The notes under the pieces: generated by a model
Seen by the model: the letters and a program-made list of their open reading frames with translations, nothing else
Told to the model about the DNA's origin: nothing
Databases searched by the model: none
Translations under genes and position numbers: made by a program
Shown: positions 14,901-25,600 of the stretch, in pieces
How the letters are laid out: every line of letters begins with the position of its first letter
Numbering within the stretch: position 1 is the stretch's first letter
Assembly: GCA_002633005.1 (NCBI GenBank)
Contig: NMRA01000148.1
Location: 496,001 to 560,000 of the forward strand
Length of the DNA: 64,000 nucleotides
Origin: Phoronis australis
Taxonomy: Eukaryota; Animalia; Phoronida
Direction: 5' to 3'

Positions 14901-16388
14901 TATAGGCATGTTTATACTAGTTCTTGCCTTGACTCCAGGTTATAAGTTTTTCATTGACTTCGCCAAACTTTGAACTCAAAAGCCCTGGTAACTGAATACT
15001 CACATCAACAAGAATGAAATTAAAGAATTACAAAATTTTCTCCCCAGTATACCATGTGAAATTAGAGCTATTAAACTGAGCATTAATTGAAACAGGATAT
15101 CAATTATTCATTTGCTTAATTAATTGCTAAACTACAGTACGTTTTAAACGAAGAGCTTTACCAAAATGTTTAAATTTGGCCAGTAGGTGGCGCTTTACTC
15201 CACTGCACCCAAACCTAAATTGCTGAACATCTGTAAAATTAGCTACAGAATAATGGAATAATGGCAATACAGTCCTGAGTACAGAAGGAAACTATGTTTG
15301 TTGTCAGATTTCATTTCATGCATGTTTCATTTTGAGCCAACAGTTTCGTATTATTGTCATGTACAGTTTCCTGTATGTGCTCTTTTACTACTCAACTCAA
15401 AGCACTATTTTGTTATAAATAATGCAGGCTCCTTGATCATAACAAGCCGCCAACAAAACATGGTGTGAAATAAGTAATGGTTGCTCTTTAAAGTCCCATC
15501 CAATGCTAATTAGATAAAAAAAAGAAATCAGAAACTTATAAACTAGAATAAACCAATTGAGAAGTGCTTGAAGTGAATTTTCCCATGAAGCAATGATTTT
15601 ATAATGTGAAATTTGGAACATTAACTTGCCATATTAAAAAAACAAAAAAAAAGAAGAGTTTCACCTTAAAAGATCAACCAAAACAATGATTCTCAAAGAT
15701 GGCACTGCATAAAGTTTTAGCAGGTCACAGAAACATTACTAACTCTTCCAGCAAAACCTAGTTTGTTGATTGCTACCTTACTGGCTAGGTTTGTGTACTT
15801 GATTTTAGAATTACAAAACTTTTGAGAAAATGCATAAATAGGTAAATGAACGTAAATATATTTTGGACTTGTGCTAGACAGACTCCACACAGATCACATT
15901 AGTGAGACAAAAATTAAAGCAATATCTGTGAATGGTTGTATTTGATCATGCATAATCGTCTATGAATGATGATGCGGCAAAATTCTCAACTCCGAAGTGT
16001 GGACAGATTCTTGTATCAATAGGTCTTGAATTGATACAAACCCAAGGACAGTCGAACTAATACCAGACTATCTCTGTGAATGAGCTGATGAGAGTGACCC
16101 TTTCAGAAGCCTTTCATTAAGTTTCAGTTTCAGGAGTTTCAGGTTCATTGTCTGCAATCTAGGTGTTCACAGTATGTGCTTTTGCTACAGGCACTGCTTT
16201 ACTGAAGATATTTTGATTCATACCTCGTTCTCCTTTATTTCATGCTGAGTAATTTCTTCTTTTGTAGCACATTGTTCTTTTAAACCGTGCAAAATAGTGG
16301 CGGTGGAATCAATCACGTCTTGACAGGCCTCGCACTGCGACATCAAAGTTTCGATGTTTATTTTCGAGTCCTCACTGACAGATGCCAT
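2798..16388 (-). CDS. KSR: Kinase suppressor of Ras (KSR1/2-like), 5' part only: coding exons 1-2 (CA1/CC-SAM region); gene continues beyond the left edge
   Basis: Join of 16388-16224 and 2941-2798 (both phase 0, GT..AG) gives MASVSEDSKINIETLMSQCEACQDVIDSTATILHGLKEQCATKEEITQHEIKENE|SKLIKLFCKQLIAKAKVANNNKYASRLQDYPRTQQWLEIVSIPDNVIK. This matches the KSR CA1 signature (QCE..Q..ID......GL...CAT....TQ.EI...ESKL.K.F..QL..K; P...W..IV). Confidence 0.9.
4049..4113. repeat. Short tandem duplication (~33 bp x2)
   Basis: GTGTGCTGTRGACCATGGTAYGTGGTAACATA repeated. Confidence 0.75.
4130..4290 (-). pseudogene. Possible degenerate THAP-domain relic (transposase-derived)
   Basis: HKFPKTEILRRWLVAAL resembles the THAP HxFP...W..A core; a shifted frame gives FLCSILF (cf. 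LCSxHF). Weak. Confidence 0.3.
5051..6456. mobile_element. Non-autonomous DNA transposon, Kolobok-like (1406 bp)
   Basis: Perfect 19-bp TIR GGTTATCTCAAACCTTATT, TTAA on both flanks (5047-5050, 6457-6460), GG..CC termini, no transposase ORF. Confidence 0.85.
6500..7512 (+). repeat. Old dispersed repeat family, copy 1 (other copies ~49830-50280 and ~63300-63693)
   Basis: Shared blocks AAAGGTACA..AAATAACA..ATAACRTGA..AATTTCA..AAATGTTCAAGAT.AA.TCTCAA and CATAGTAT..GTGAAT..GCCATTT.TGAGAT..AA.TTGGA.ATTTTT. Confidence 0.7.
6802..7331. mobile_element. 530-bp TIR element with CAGTGCT..AGCACTG termini and 5-bp TSD GTTTC, nested in an older repeat
   Basis: TSD at 6797-6801 and 7332-7336; subterminal GTCGCCAA/GTCACCAA-like repeats; it interrupts the repeat family below. 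Confidence 0.75.
11093..11175. repeat. 24-bp minisatellite (~3.5 copies)
   Basis: GGCCAAAAAGTAAAGAGACATGTC units. Confidence 0.9.
13342..13517 (+). mobile_element. ~180-bp MITE, copy 1
   Basis: TIR AAYTGACCTAT(C/G)GC..GCGATAGGTCAATT; reverse-complement homologue at 54572-54750. Confidence 0.8.
16224..16388 (-). CDS. KSR: KSR coding exon 1 (55 codons)
   Basis: ATG at 16388, 165 nt open frame, donor GAG|GTATGA at 16223; missing from the ORF track. Confidence 0.88.
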
Positions 16389-16620
16389 CTTCTTTCCTTC
16401 CAGCTACCTCTTACGTTGACAAGTTCACAGGCTTCATTATCTTGCAATAATTGCGCACAATAAAAACGTCAACGTTCTTATATTGACCAACATTACTCAT
16501 ATTTTGAACTGGGATGAATCAACACATCGGCCATCATGAATTTTAGCAAAATCTCGCCCAAATCAAGGTCACACGAGAGGTCTCGTGAGTACAATATTTC
16601 GCGGGAAATACTGACGAGAT
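16389..16620. promoter_or_regulatory. Putative bidirectional promoter plus 5' UTRs shared by KSR and RFC5
   Basis: 232 bp between the divergent ATGs; locally CpG-rich; palindrome CACGAGA-GG-TCTCGTG at 16572-16587 and an E2F site. Confidence 0.75.
16597..16608. promoter_or_regulatory. Overlapping double E2F site TTTCGCGGGAAA
   Basis: TTTCGCGG on + and TTTCCCGC on -, 12 bp upstream of the RFC5 ATG; E2F control is typical of replication genes. Confidence 0.7.
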
Positions 16621-16676
16621 ATGGCATCAACATCGACTTCTTTAGCCGGCGAGACAACTCATCAAAACTTGCCATG
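16621..16676 (+). CDS. RFC5: RFC5 exon 1 ([19 protein letters not shown])
   Basis: ATG at 16621; CCATG|GTAATG donor, phase 2. Confidence 0.9.
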
Positions 16677-19600
16677 GTAATGGTTGTAATGAAACAGTGT
16701 AGCGCAAACATTAAGTTATCGCAAATGTGCATGGTTGAAGGTTCTGTATGGAATCTGTGGAAGACACGAAGTCAGCTTGACGTGCGTGCCAGCTAGCGGC
16801 CGAGTAGGCAACAACGTCGTAATAGCCACTTGGTTGGCCGGTTAGGGGCTACAATACTTCCCATCGCTTTCTGTATAAATTTCGTCCCATGTAGGGTGTC
16901 CCTCTATGCGTAAAAGGTACTTATAACAACCTGACTTTGATTTTTTAATCGTTGTTAGGCATTATTCGCCAAAAAGCTTCAGGCGTATATGAAGCGCCTA
17001 CCAGTAGATAGGAGCTCTACCGTCTGTACTGTGTAGTTAACGGGAGATGGTGGTCACTGTTTAGGTGTATGGAGACTATCGTCAAAATACAGCTAGGTAC
17101 CACTGTGTGTTGAGCTCCGACAGACCTCGAAATTGCACACAGCCCGGGTAGTTCTGCTTGTCACCTCGCTGTGAAACTTGTACCAACATATAGAGTTAAA
17201 GACTAGCTGGTGGGGTTGAATGCAAAATCAGGCCCGGGAGTCAACCAACGCACACCTTGCCCATTACAGCTGTGAAAAACAAGCTAATAAATGTCATTTT
17301 GTTGCGTAATTCTCCACTTTGTTTTAACAAAGAAATGTATGCCGTTGTTTTGAAAACAGTACGCTTGTGACTCGCACACGTGTCATTTCCTAAATTTTTG
17401 CGACATCTCTCAGGAGATGACAGCTTCGCAGCACCATGTTAAAGTACAAAAATTTTAACAAATTGAAACCAGTTCTGATAATTTGTTGTGACATGTACTG
17501 AACCTCGTGAAAGAAGAGCAGTTGATTGAAAAAAGAAACTGGCTAATAGGTGACGCAATATTTCAGGGCTCTGAAAGCTGACGCAAAAGATCGCTCCACA
17601 ACTTTAGCAGCAGAATAACAGTAGAACGCCAATTTTTCCAACACCAGTAAATTAGTTTACTAAAGGAAGAATGTATTTTTAATGACACTAACTTTGTGTC
17701 AGATTTTATTGGGCCAGTTTTTATTCGCCCACATATTTATATGTGGATGCATTATGCCGTCATCTCCGGCGTCCGCTGCTCTATCTCCAAAACCCTTTGA
17801 CATACGTTCATGAAATTTGGCACATATGTTCCATTCATGAATGGGACGGCATGAGCGAACTTTCGGACGGTTCCAACTATCGGTGTGCCCCGTAGTGGCA
17901 ATTTTAGTTTTTTACGCTTTCCTTTGTATCTTCAAAAGTCTTTAACGGATTTTCATGAAATTTGGTACGTAGGCACCTATGACACTATCTTCCCATTTTC
18001 GGATGGATTCGATTTAGTTTTCGCCACCTAGTGGCCGTTTTTGAGTCTGTTTTTTTTGCGTCCGCCCCTCTATCAACCAAACCACTCTTGGATCCTTATA
18101 ACATCTTCTAACCATGTAATAAGGGTTAACAACGCGTGAGAGAAGGACTTTAACCCTAAAAGCACATCATTTGCAATGCATTCGTGGACGCATTTCAACC
18201 CGCAAATCTGTAGTATACAACTTTTTACCGTCTCTAGCTGGCCAAAGTAGAGACGATGCTTCATACGCCGGAAGGTTTCTGTGAATTATGCCTCACACTT
18301 ATTGAAACATCAATGTCCTTAATTCCTTCCAACTCGAACAAATACTCCCATTATCAAACCTTTTCTTCGAGCAGTCGTTCATATAGTTTCCAAAATCTGC
18401 AACTGGCTATTTTTAACACTGCGCGCGTTCCTGGCGGGTGCGGCAAAACAAGCGCGCAGTGTAAAATTGAGCAACTGAACGAAGGACAGCTCAAAGAAAA
18501 AGTCTTAATTATGTGAGTATTTTGTTTGAGTGGGAAGGAATTGATGACATTGATGGCTTCCTAAAGTGACCATCTGTGCTTTCACAGTTCAATAAGTATA
18601 TAACTTTAAGTTAAGCACTAAAAAGTAGTCATCACTAGTTACTGTTCTTCTGACAGTTTTGCTGAACACAATGAATAACCTTGATGATGTAACAGAACAA
18701 GTGTCGTCTGCTCGAGTCTTTCTGAGTGCACACCAAGTTCATCAATAAAATGCAATAATTTCTTTTATGTTTCTGTGCTCCACCGCTTGGTTTTTCATAA
18801 TTCTCCTCTTTTAGAAGTTGTCCGTGTGACATTTTAAGACCCACAGAAGTTTAATTTTAGTTTTGTGTTTCCAATATTTGAGAGTGCCGTATCACAAAAC
18901 TGGTGCTAGCACTCCTGTACGTGCCACTTGCTTTATAAGGAAACCAGTTTATGACATTTCCAGTGTTTGCTGTCCTCATGACTGGAGTCGGTATATTTGA
19001 ATACGATATTTTTTGAGGTTGTCTGAGGTTAAAACCATGAGGGGAATTTTTGATGGTTCAGAGGGGAATTTTTTGACCTCATAAGTGGAATTTTTCGTAA
19101 AGTCTGAGAGGATAATGGTGCCCATATTCAGCCCCAATTTTGAAGGATCAAGTGCCGTGTATGGGTTATTTATCCCCAATTTTTTACGTGACCATGCATG
19201 TGTGTGTGGGTGTGTGTGTGTTTGGGGGCAGTGCACGTGCCGTGAAAAAGGACCATTTGTGGGTGCATTTCAAAACTACATTGATTCTGAAAGCAACATT
19301 CACTCTGTAATAAGTGCTCATTCCCTTCCAGGGTTGAAAAATACCGTCCGAAGAAATTAGACGATCTCATCTCGCATGCAGATATTATCAGCACAAGTAA
19401 GTCGTATTTTGGTGAACAAAAATTTTCTTTCGTTTATTCCAATAGGATTCCACTTTGCGACCACTCTCAAGTGCGTGAACCATCACACTTAACATTAACG
19501 GGTGATTAGGCAAGATCTAGCTAGACTGCTGCCACCTGTGAGACAATTCATAGTTTTCACCTGGTGCTCAATTCAACACTTATTAATATTTTGTTTATAA

Positions 19601-22600
19601 ATTCTGAATATACTCAAATTTATCAGAAAATGTCTCTTTGTTATTAATACTGAACTTTCATATTTTCGGAAAATTGGCCCATGTATTGTCACATTGATGA
19701 CCAGTTATAGCTAGAGATGTCTTCTGCTGGAGCAAATAATCACCTTGACAACGCGCATGCTGGCCTCATTGCGAGCTCCATTTACCAAACTGAGGGAAGT
19801 GAAATTTGTAGTTGCGTAAGAGTAAGATAATACACGGTAGTGTTGACTTTGGTAGGTTGTTTAAGTCAAGTTAAATGGTTCTTGTTCATGGCAACATGAT
19901 CACACCAATACTTTTTGTTATGTTAACGAGAGTACCTATTTGCCTTTGTGTGCAATATTTAATAGAAATGTCAATATTTGGCACAGATTCAACAATTCAA
20001 CAATAAATTTTAGCATAATGCACAACTTTTACCCAGACCAAACACTGCAAGGTGATTCCGAACTTACTACATCACATGCTCGGTTTCACTATGACATGAA
20101 TGTTCGACCCACATCTATTGAAATGTTTATTTCACTTAAAACTGTTAAGGTGTGTACCTGTCAAACTTCATGATGTACTGTCACGTTTCATCAAATAACT
20201 GTTTTACTGTTCATATTCTAGCCATACTTATTTTAATAATTCTTGATGACTGAAAAATCTTAATTCATGCTGTGAAATGTTTGTCCATGTGATCGCCATT
20301 TTTGTGAAAATTGTCATTTTTGCCTTGCAATTTTAAAGAGAAGTTATGAATAGAAATAGAAAATAAAAATAAAGTTTTAAACGATTTATAAATATTTCAT
20401 TTTAAAAGATCACAATGACCAGAAATTTTGTTTAAAGTAGTCTCAAACTTTTCTGTGTTTCAGTTGGAAGGTTTGTATCTGAGGATCGCTTACCACACTT
20501 GCTGTTTTATGGACCTCCGGGTACTGGCAAAACCAGCACGATTTTAGCTGTAGCCAAACAAATCTATTGGCCAAAAGAGTTCAATTCTATGGTCCTAGAG
20601 GTATGTAAGATATGTATGGTTTGTCTGTATTTACTTAATTTACTGATAAAATCTCATTTTGTCCTTTCAGGAAGATTGCAACCATTTTACAAACGGGCAG
20701 TGACCAGTATTGAATGGATAGGTCTAGTAATGCTTAATATAATTATGTTAAAGTTATCTGCAAATTTTATCGGTTGGTTATCAGGCTGAGGTTACAACAC
20801 GTTCTATGCCAGCAGAATAAAAATTCTTAATTAACGTGTAGTTTGTTATTTGTTGTGTAAATGTGTTAATCCACATTTGGAGTTAATTTCCAAGGAAAGG
20901 TAATTAGTATTGTTTCAATGACTTGTGTTGCAGCTCAATGCGTCTGATGACAGAGGTATTGGGATTGTGCGCAATCAGATACTCAGCTTTGCCAGCACAA
21001 GGACAATTTTCAAGTAAGAATTCAACATGTCTTGTTATCTTATGTTGAAAATAAAAAGATTTTAATCAAAAACTGTAAAGTAAGGAAAAATAAAAAAGTG
21101 ATTCCAAGGTGCGGATGCTTTGGATATCGAACAGTTCCCACTTCCACCTGTTTACTTCCTGTAGTATTTTCATGGTGACCTGTGATTTTTAGCACGTCAC
21201 CGAACAAAACGTGAAGTAGCACTAACAACCTGTATTTCGCCAAATAAGGCTCTGAATTCTTTTGGCGATGGTTGTCTTAATTTGATCAACAAAAGTAAAC
21301 AATTAGAAAATTTACTTCATTCTTGGTGTTCTTTGTGTAGAACAGATGCCATAAAACTATGCTTTGAAGAATGTTCAGTTATTGGGAAAGTTGTACTTGT
21401 AGATATTCTTTTTGTTCAAAATAACGTAATAGTTGCTGTAACGCTATCTGGTGAATAGTTTCAACTTATCACTGCTGTTGTTTCAGTAAAGGTTTCAAGC
21501 TGATTATTCTTGATGAAGCAGACGCCATGACTAGAGATGCCCAGAATTCCCTCAGGAGAGGTCAGTCAACTTCTCATTGTTCTGTGCTGGTTGTCTTGTC
21601 ATTACAGTGTCACAGACCTTTTTCTTTATTCATTCTCGTGTTAAGAAATACTAAGGTTCAAATTTGATCAACAAAATCATGTGCCCAAAGTCCTCGCAGC
21701 AGTGAAAAATTTGCGACCTTTAAGTAAAATGAAGCAACTGACAGCAACAAACAAAGAAATGCATGAAGTCAAAATATGATTATTTCAGTTTTTACTAAAA
21801 ACAACAACTTAAGTTGTCTATCCAAACCACAAGCCAGGAATAAAAGCTTGTTTTTTTAGTTATTAGCCTTGAGGTATTGGGAAGATATTCGACAATTTTG
21901 TGCACCTGAGGGATACGTGTAAATTTTCTTCCCATAATTATAGAATTGGGCAATTGTTGCAGAAATTCACTTTGCGTTGAATTTAAGCGTAGTCTGTTTT
22001 GATTTCACAACTACCTTCATAGACCGTGTGCCAGTAAAAATCCAATATGCAACTGTCAGCTTCGACTAATTGTATGGCCTATTATAAACTGCTCCACTCG
22101 ATCGTAGCATAGACTGGTTGCTTAATCTCAGTTAGAAGGCAGTAGTTCTTACACACGCTGGCGACTGTTTCAAAGAAAACACCTGAATTATAAAAGAATC
22201 ATCCTCTATTCTCTCCACATGACCTTTAGAAGAATTCACTGTCCCAAATTGTAGAAATCTGCTGTTTAGTAACACCACTTAAAAATTCGAAACTGACAAT
22301 CTTCTTTTTTAGTAAATGTTGTTTATGTGTGACCCTTGACCCAATGTCAAAAGCAAATAGTTTAATTCAACTGTCCCTGTCAATACAGACATTCAGCAGG
22401 TTCCCACAGCTGAAGGTCATATCTACATGCTAACATAATTTGCAATATAATATATAATTGGCGCCTCTGAAGTGATTATTAAAATTACGGTAAGTGTTGC
22501 TGACTGACTACGCAAATCGATCCATTTCGCAGTGAAAAGCACATGCATTATATTTTGTTCTCTTAGGCATTAAGTAAAATTTTGTTCCACATTTCAACCT

Positions 22601-25600
22601 GTTCCTCAGTGCCTGTAACTACTTATATACAGATAGGTTACGTGTCTAGCTTAAAGAGGCCTAGAATGCAAAGAAATACTAAATGGCATTATTCAAAGCA
22701 AATAACTCTGTAGTTGGCGTTGCGAGATGGTACTTTCATCAGGAATTGCTTAAAACTTATTTTTGATGAGTTTTCGCGTCCATGGTTCTTTAATCTCAAC
22801 CATGTGGCAATGAGAAATATAATTTCCTTTGCAGTCATTGAGAAGTACACGGAGAATACAAGGTTCTGCATCATCTGTAACTACCTCTCAAAAATTATCC
22901 CAGCTCTTCAATCAAGGTGCACCAGGTTTCGCTTTGGTCCACTATCAAAAGACCAGATGGTGCCGAGGGTACAACATGTTGTCAGTGAGGAGAAGTGAGT
23001 GGCGCTTTGCTGGTCAATCGACTACGATGAATATAATCTTTTTACTTGAAATCGAATTATTTTTTAACATTTTCCATTCTACTTTGGTATGAACTATTAT
23101 TCTGTTATCGAGTATAATGTGGCTCGAGGATGACTATGGTCCTATTTTGCACTTGATGAACCCAACATTAAAGCTAGACTTTGAATCTAGGGTTATCAAG
23201 TGCACAAGTACACAGTGGTTTGCGAAATCCATAATATAATCGAGCACAGATTACATACTTACCTTGATTTTGAGGAGAGCGGTAAATGCCATTTTCAAGT
23301 TCAATTTTGAGTGAAACGTTTTTTTATGCGCCCACATAATTATATGTGGACACATTATGCCGTCATCACCGTCCGTCCGTCCGTCCCTCCGGGCGGCGTC
23401 CGTCTGGCGTCCGCTGCTTTATCTCCAAAACCCTTTGACATACGTTCATGAAATTTGGCACATATGTTCCATTCATGAACGGGATGGCATGTGCGAACTT
23501 TCGGACGGATCCGACTACCAGTGTGCCCCCTAGTGGCAATTTTAGCTTTTAACGCTTACCTTTGTATCTTCAAAAGTCCTGAACAGATTTTCATGAAATT
23601 TGGTATGAGATGACGCTATCCTTCCGTTTTCAGATGAATTCGACATAGTATGCGCCACCTAGTGGCCATTTTTACTGTTTTCAAGTCTGTATTTTTGCGT
23701 CCACCCCTCTATCAACCAAACCGCTCAAAGGATGATTGTGAAAATTGGCATGTATATGCTTACTATAAAGAGGACAGTTGACAATGATTTTCAGACGATT
23801 TGGACTACTGTGGCGCCTCCTAGTGGCAGTTTTTTTTTTGCGCCTATGGCTGTATCTCCTAAACCGTTCGCAGGATCTTTACGAAATTTAATAAGTGTAT
23901 TCATATGATGTTATCAACGACTTGTGGACGGATCCGCCTACCAGTGTGCCCCGTAGTGGCAATTTTATTTTTTTACGTTTACCTCTGTATCTTCACAAGT
24001 CCTTAACGGATTTTCATGAAATTTGGTATATAGGCACCTATTAGTGCAATGACGCTATCCTCCTGTTTTCGGATGGATTCGACCTAGTTTGCGACACTCA
24101 GTGGCCATTATTACTGTTTTTTAGTCTGTTTTTTGGCGTCCACCCCTCTATCAACCAAACCGCTCTAAGTATGTTTGTGAAAACTGGCATGTATGTTCTT
24201 ACTATGAAGAGGACGGTTGACGCTGAATTTCCCATGACTTTGATTACTGTGGTGCCTCNNNNNNNNNNNNNNNNNNNNNNNNNNNNNNNNNNNNNNNNNN
24301 NNNNNNNNNNNNNNNNNNNNNNNNNNNNNNNNNNNNNNNNNNNNNNNNNNNNNNNNNNNNNNNNNNNNNNNNNNNNNNNNNNNNNNNNNNNNNNNNNNNN
24401 NNNNNNNNNNNNNNNNNNNNNNNNNNNNNNNNNNNNNNNNNNNNNNNNNNNNNNNNNNNNNNNNNNNNNNNNNNNNNNNNNNNNNNNNNNNNNNNNNNNN
24501 NNNNNNNNNNNNNNNNNNNNNNNNNNNNNNNNNNNNNNNNNNNNNNNNNNNNNNNNNNNNNNNNNNNNNNNNNNNNNNNNNNNNNNNNNNNNNNNNNNNN
24601 NNNNNNNNNNNNNNNNNNNNNNNNNNNNNNNNNNNNNNNNNNNNNNNNNNNNNNNNNNNNNNNNNNNNNNNNNNNNNNNNNNNNNNNNNNNNNNNNNNNN
24701 NNNNNNNNNNNNNNNNNNNNNNNNNNNNNNNNNNNNNNNNNNNNNNNNNNNNNNNNNNNNNNNNNNNNNNNNNNNNNNNNNNNNNNNNNNNNNNNNNNNN
24801 NNNNNNNNNNNNNNNNNNNNNNNNNNNNNNNNNNNNNNNNNNNNNNNNNNNNNNNNNNNNNNNNNNNNNNNNNNNNNNNNNNNNNNNNNNNNNNNNNNNN
24901 NNNNNNNNNNNNNNNNNNNNNNNNNNNNNNNNNNNNNNNNNNNNNNNNNNNNNNNNNNNNNNNNNNNNNNNNNNNNNNNNNNNNAAGTTCCAAGTAGAAA
25001 TTTGTTTCTGGCATTCTAATGCTGTGCTAATCTCGTATGTTGGTAAATTTGTTTTTAATTCTATGTTTCTGTGGTGCTTTAAGCAACTGATGTATAGGAT
25101 GTGCTTGTATTATGAAGATCACTCACATTTTGCCCCTAGCCTATTGAGGAGACAATGACCATGCCTTTCCATTTTGCAAAGTACAACATACTACATATAT
25201 GGCCTCTACTGGCCACTTTATGGTACCGATAAACAACCCTAGAAGGATACCGTATACGGTGCAATTGTGGGCGCATTTCAACGCTCTGCGTTGCTCTTGT
25301 ACTATTGTTGTTGTTATTGTTACTATTATTATTATTATATTATTCAAGTGTTCTACACATCCCGGTGCATGTTTTCATATTTTTCGCACGTACGTATGAA
25401 ATAAGGGGGTGCCCATTGCCGTCATTTCTGTCTGGGTATTCTGCGGCTGTCCCCATGTCTATCAAACTGCTTGCAGGATCTTCATGTCGAGTAGAGGGTG
25501 TACCTCAGCAAGGTACTACTATGCCCACTATTGACAATTTCAGTTTTTATGTCTGCTTTTGTATCTGCATAGTTATCACAGAATAATTTTCGAAATACTC

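Noticed and set aside
16493-16796. ORFs overlapping the KSR/RFC5 promoter
   Set aside because: No recognisable homology; they are out of frame with or antisense to RFC5 exon 1.
24171-25019. Long ORFs of 256-282 aa
   Set aside because: They consist of N-gap translation (X).
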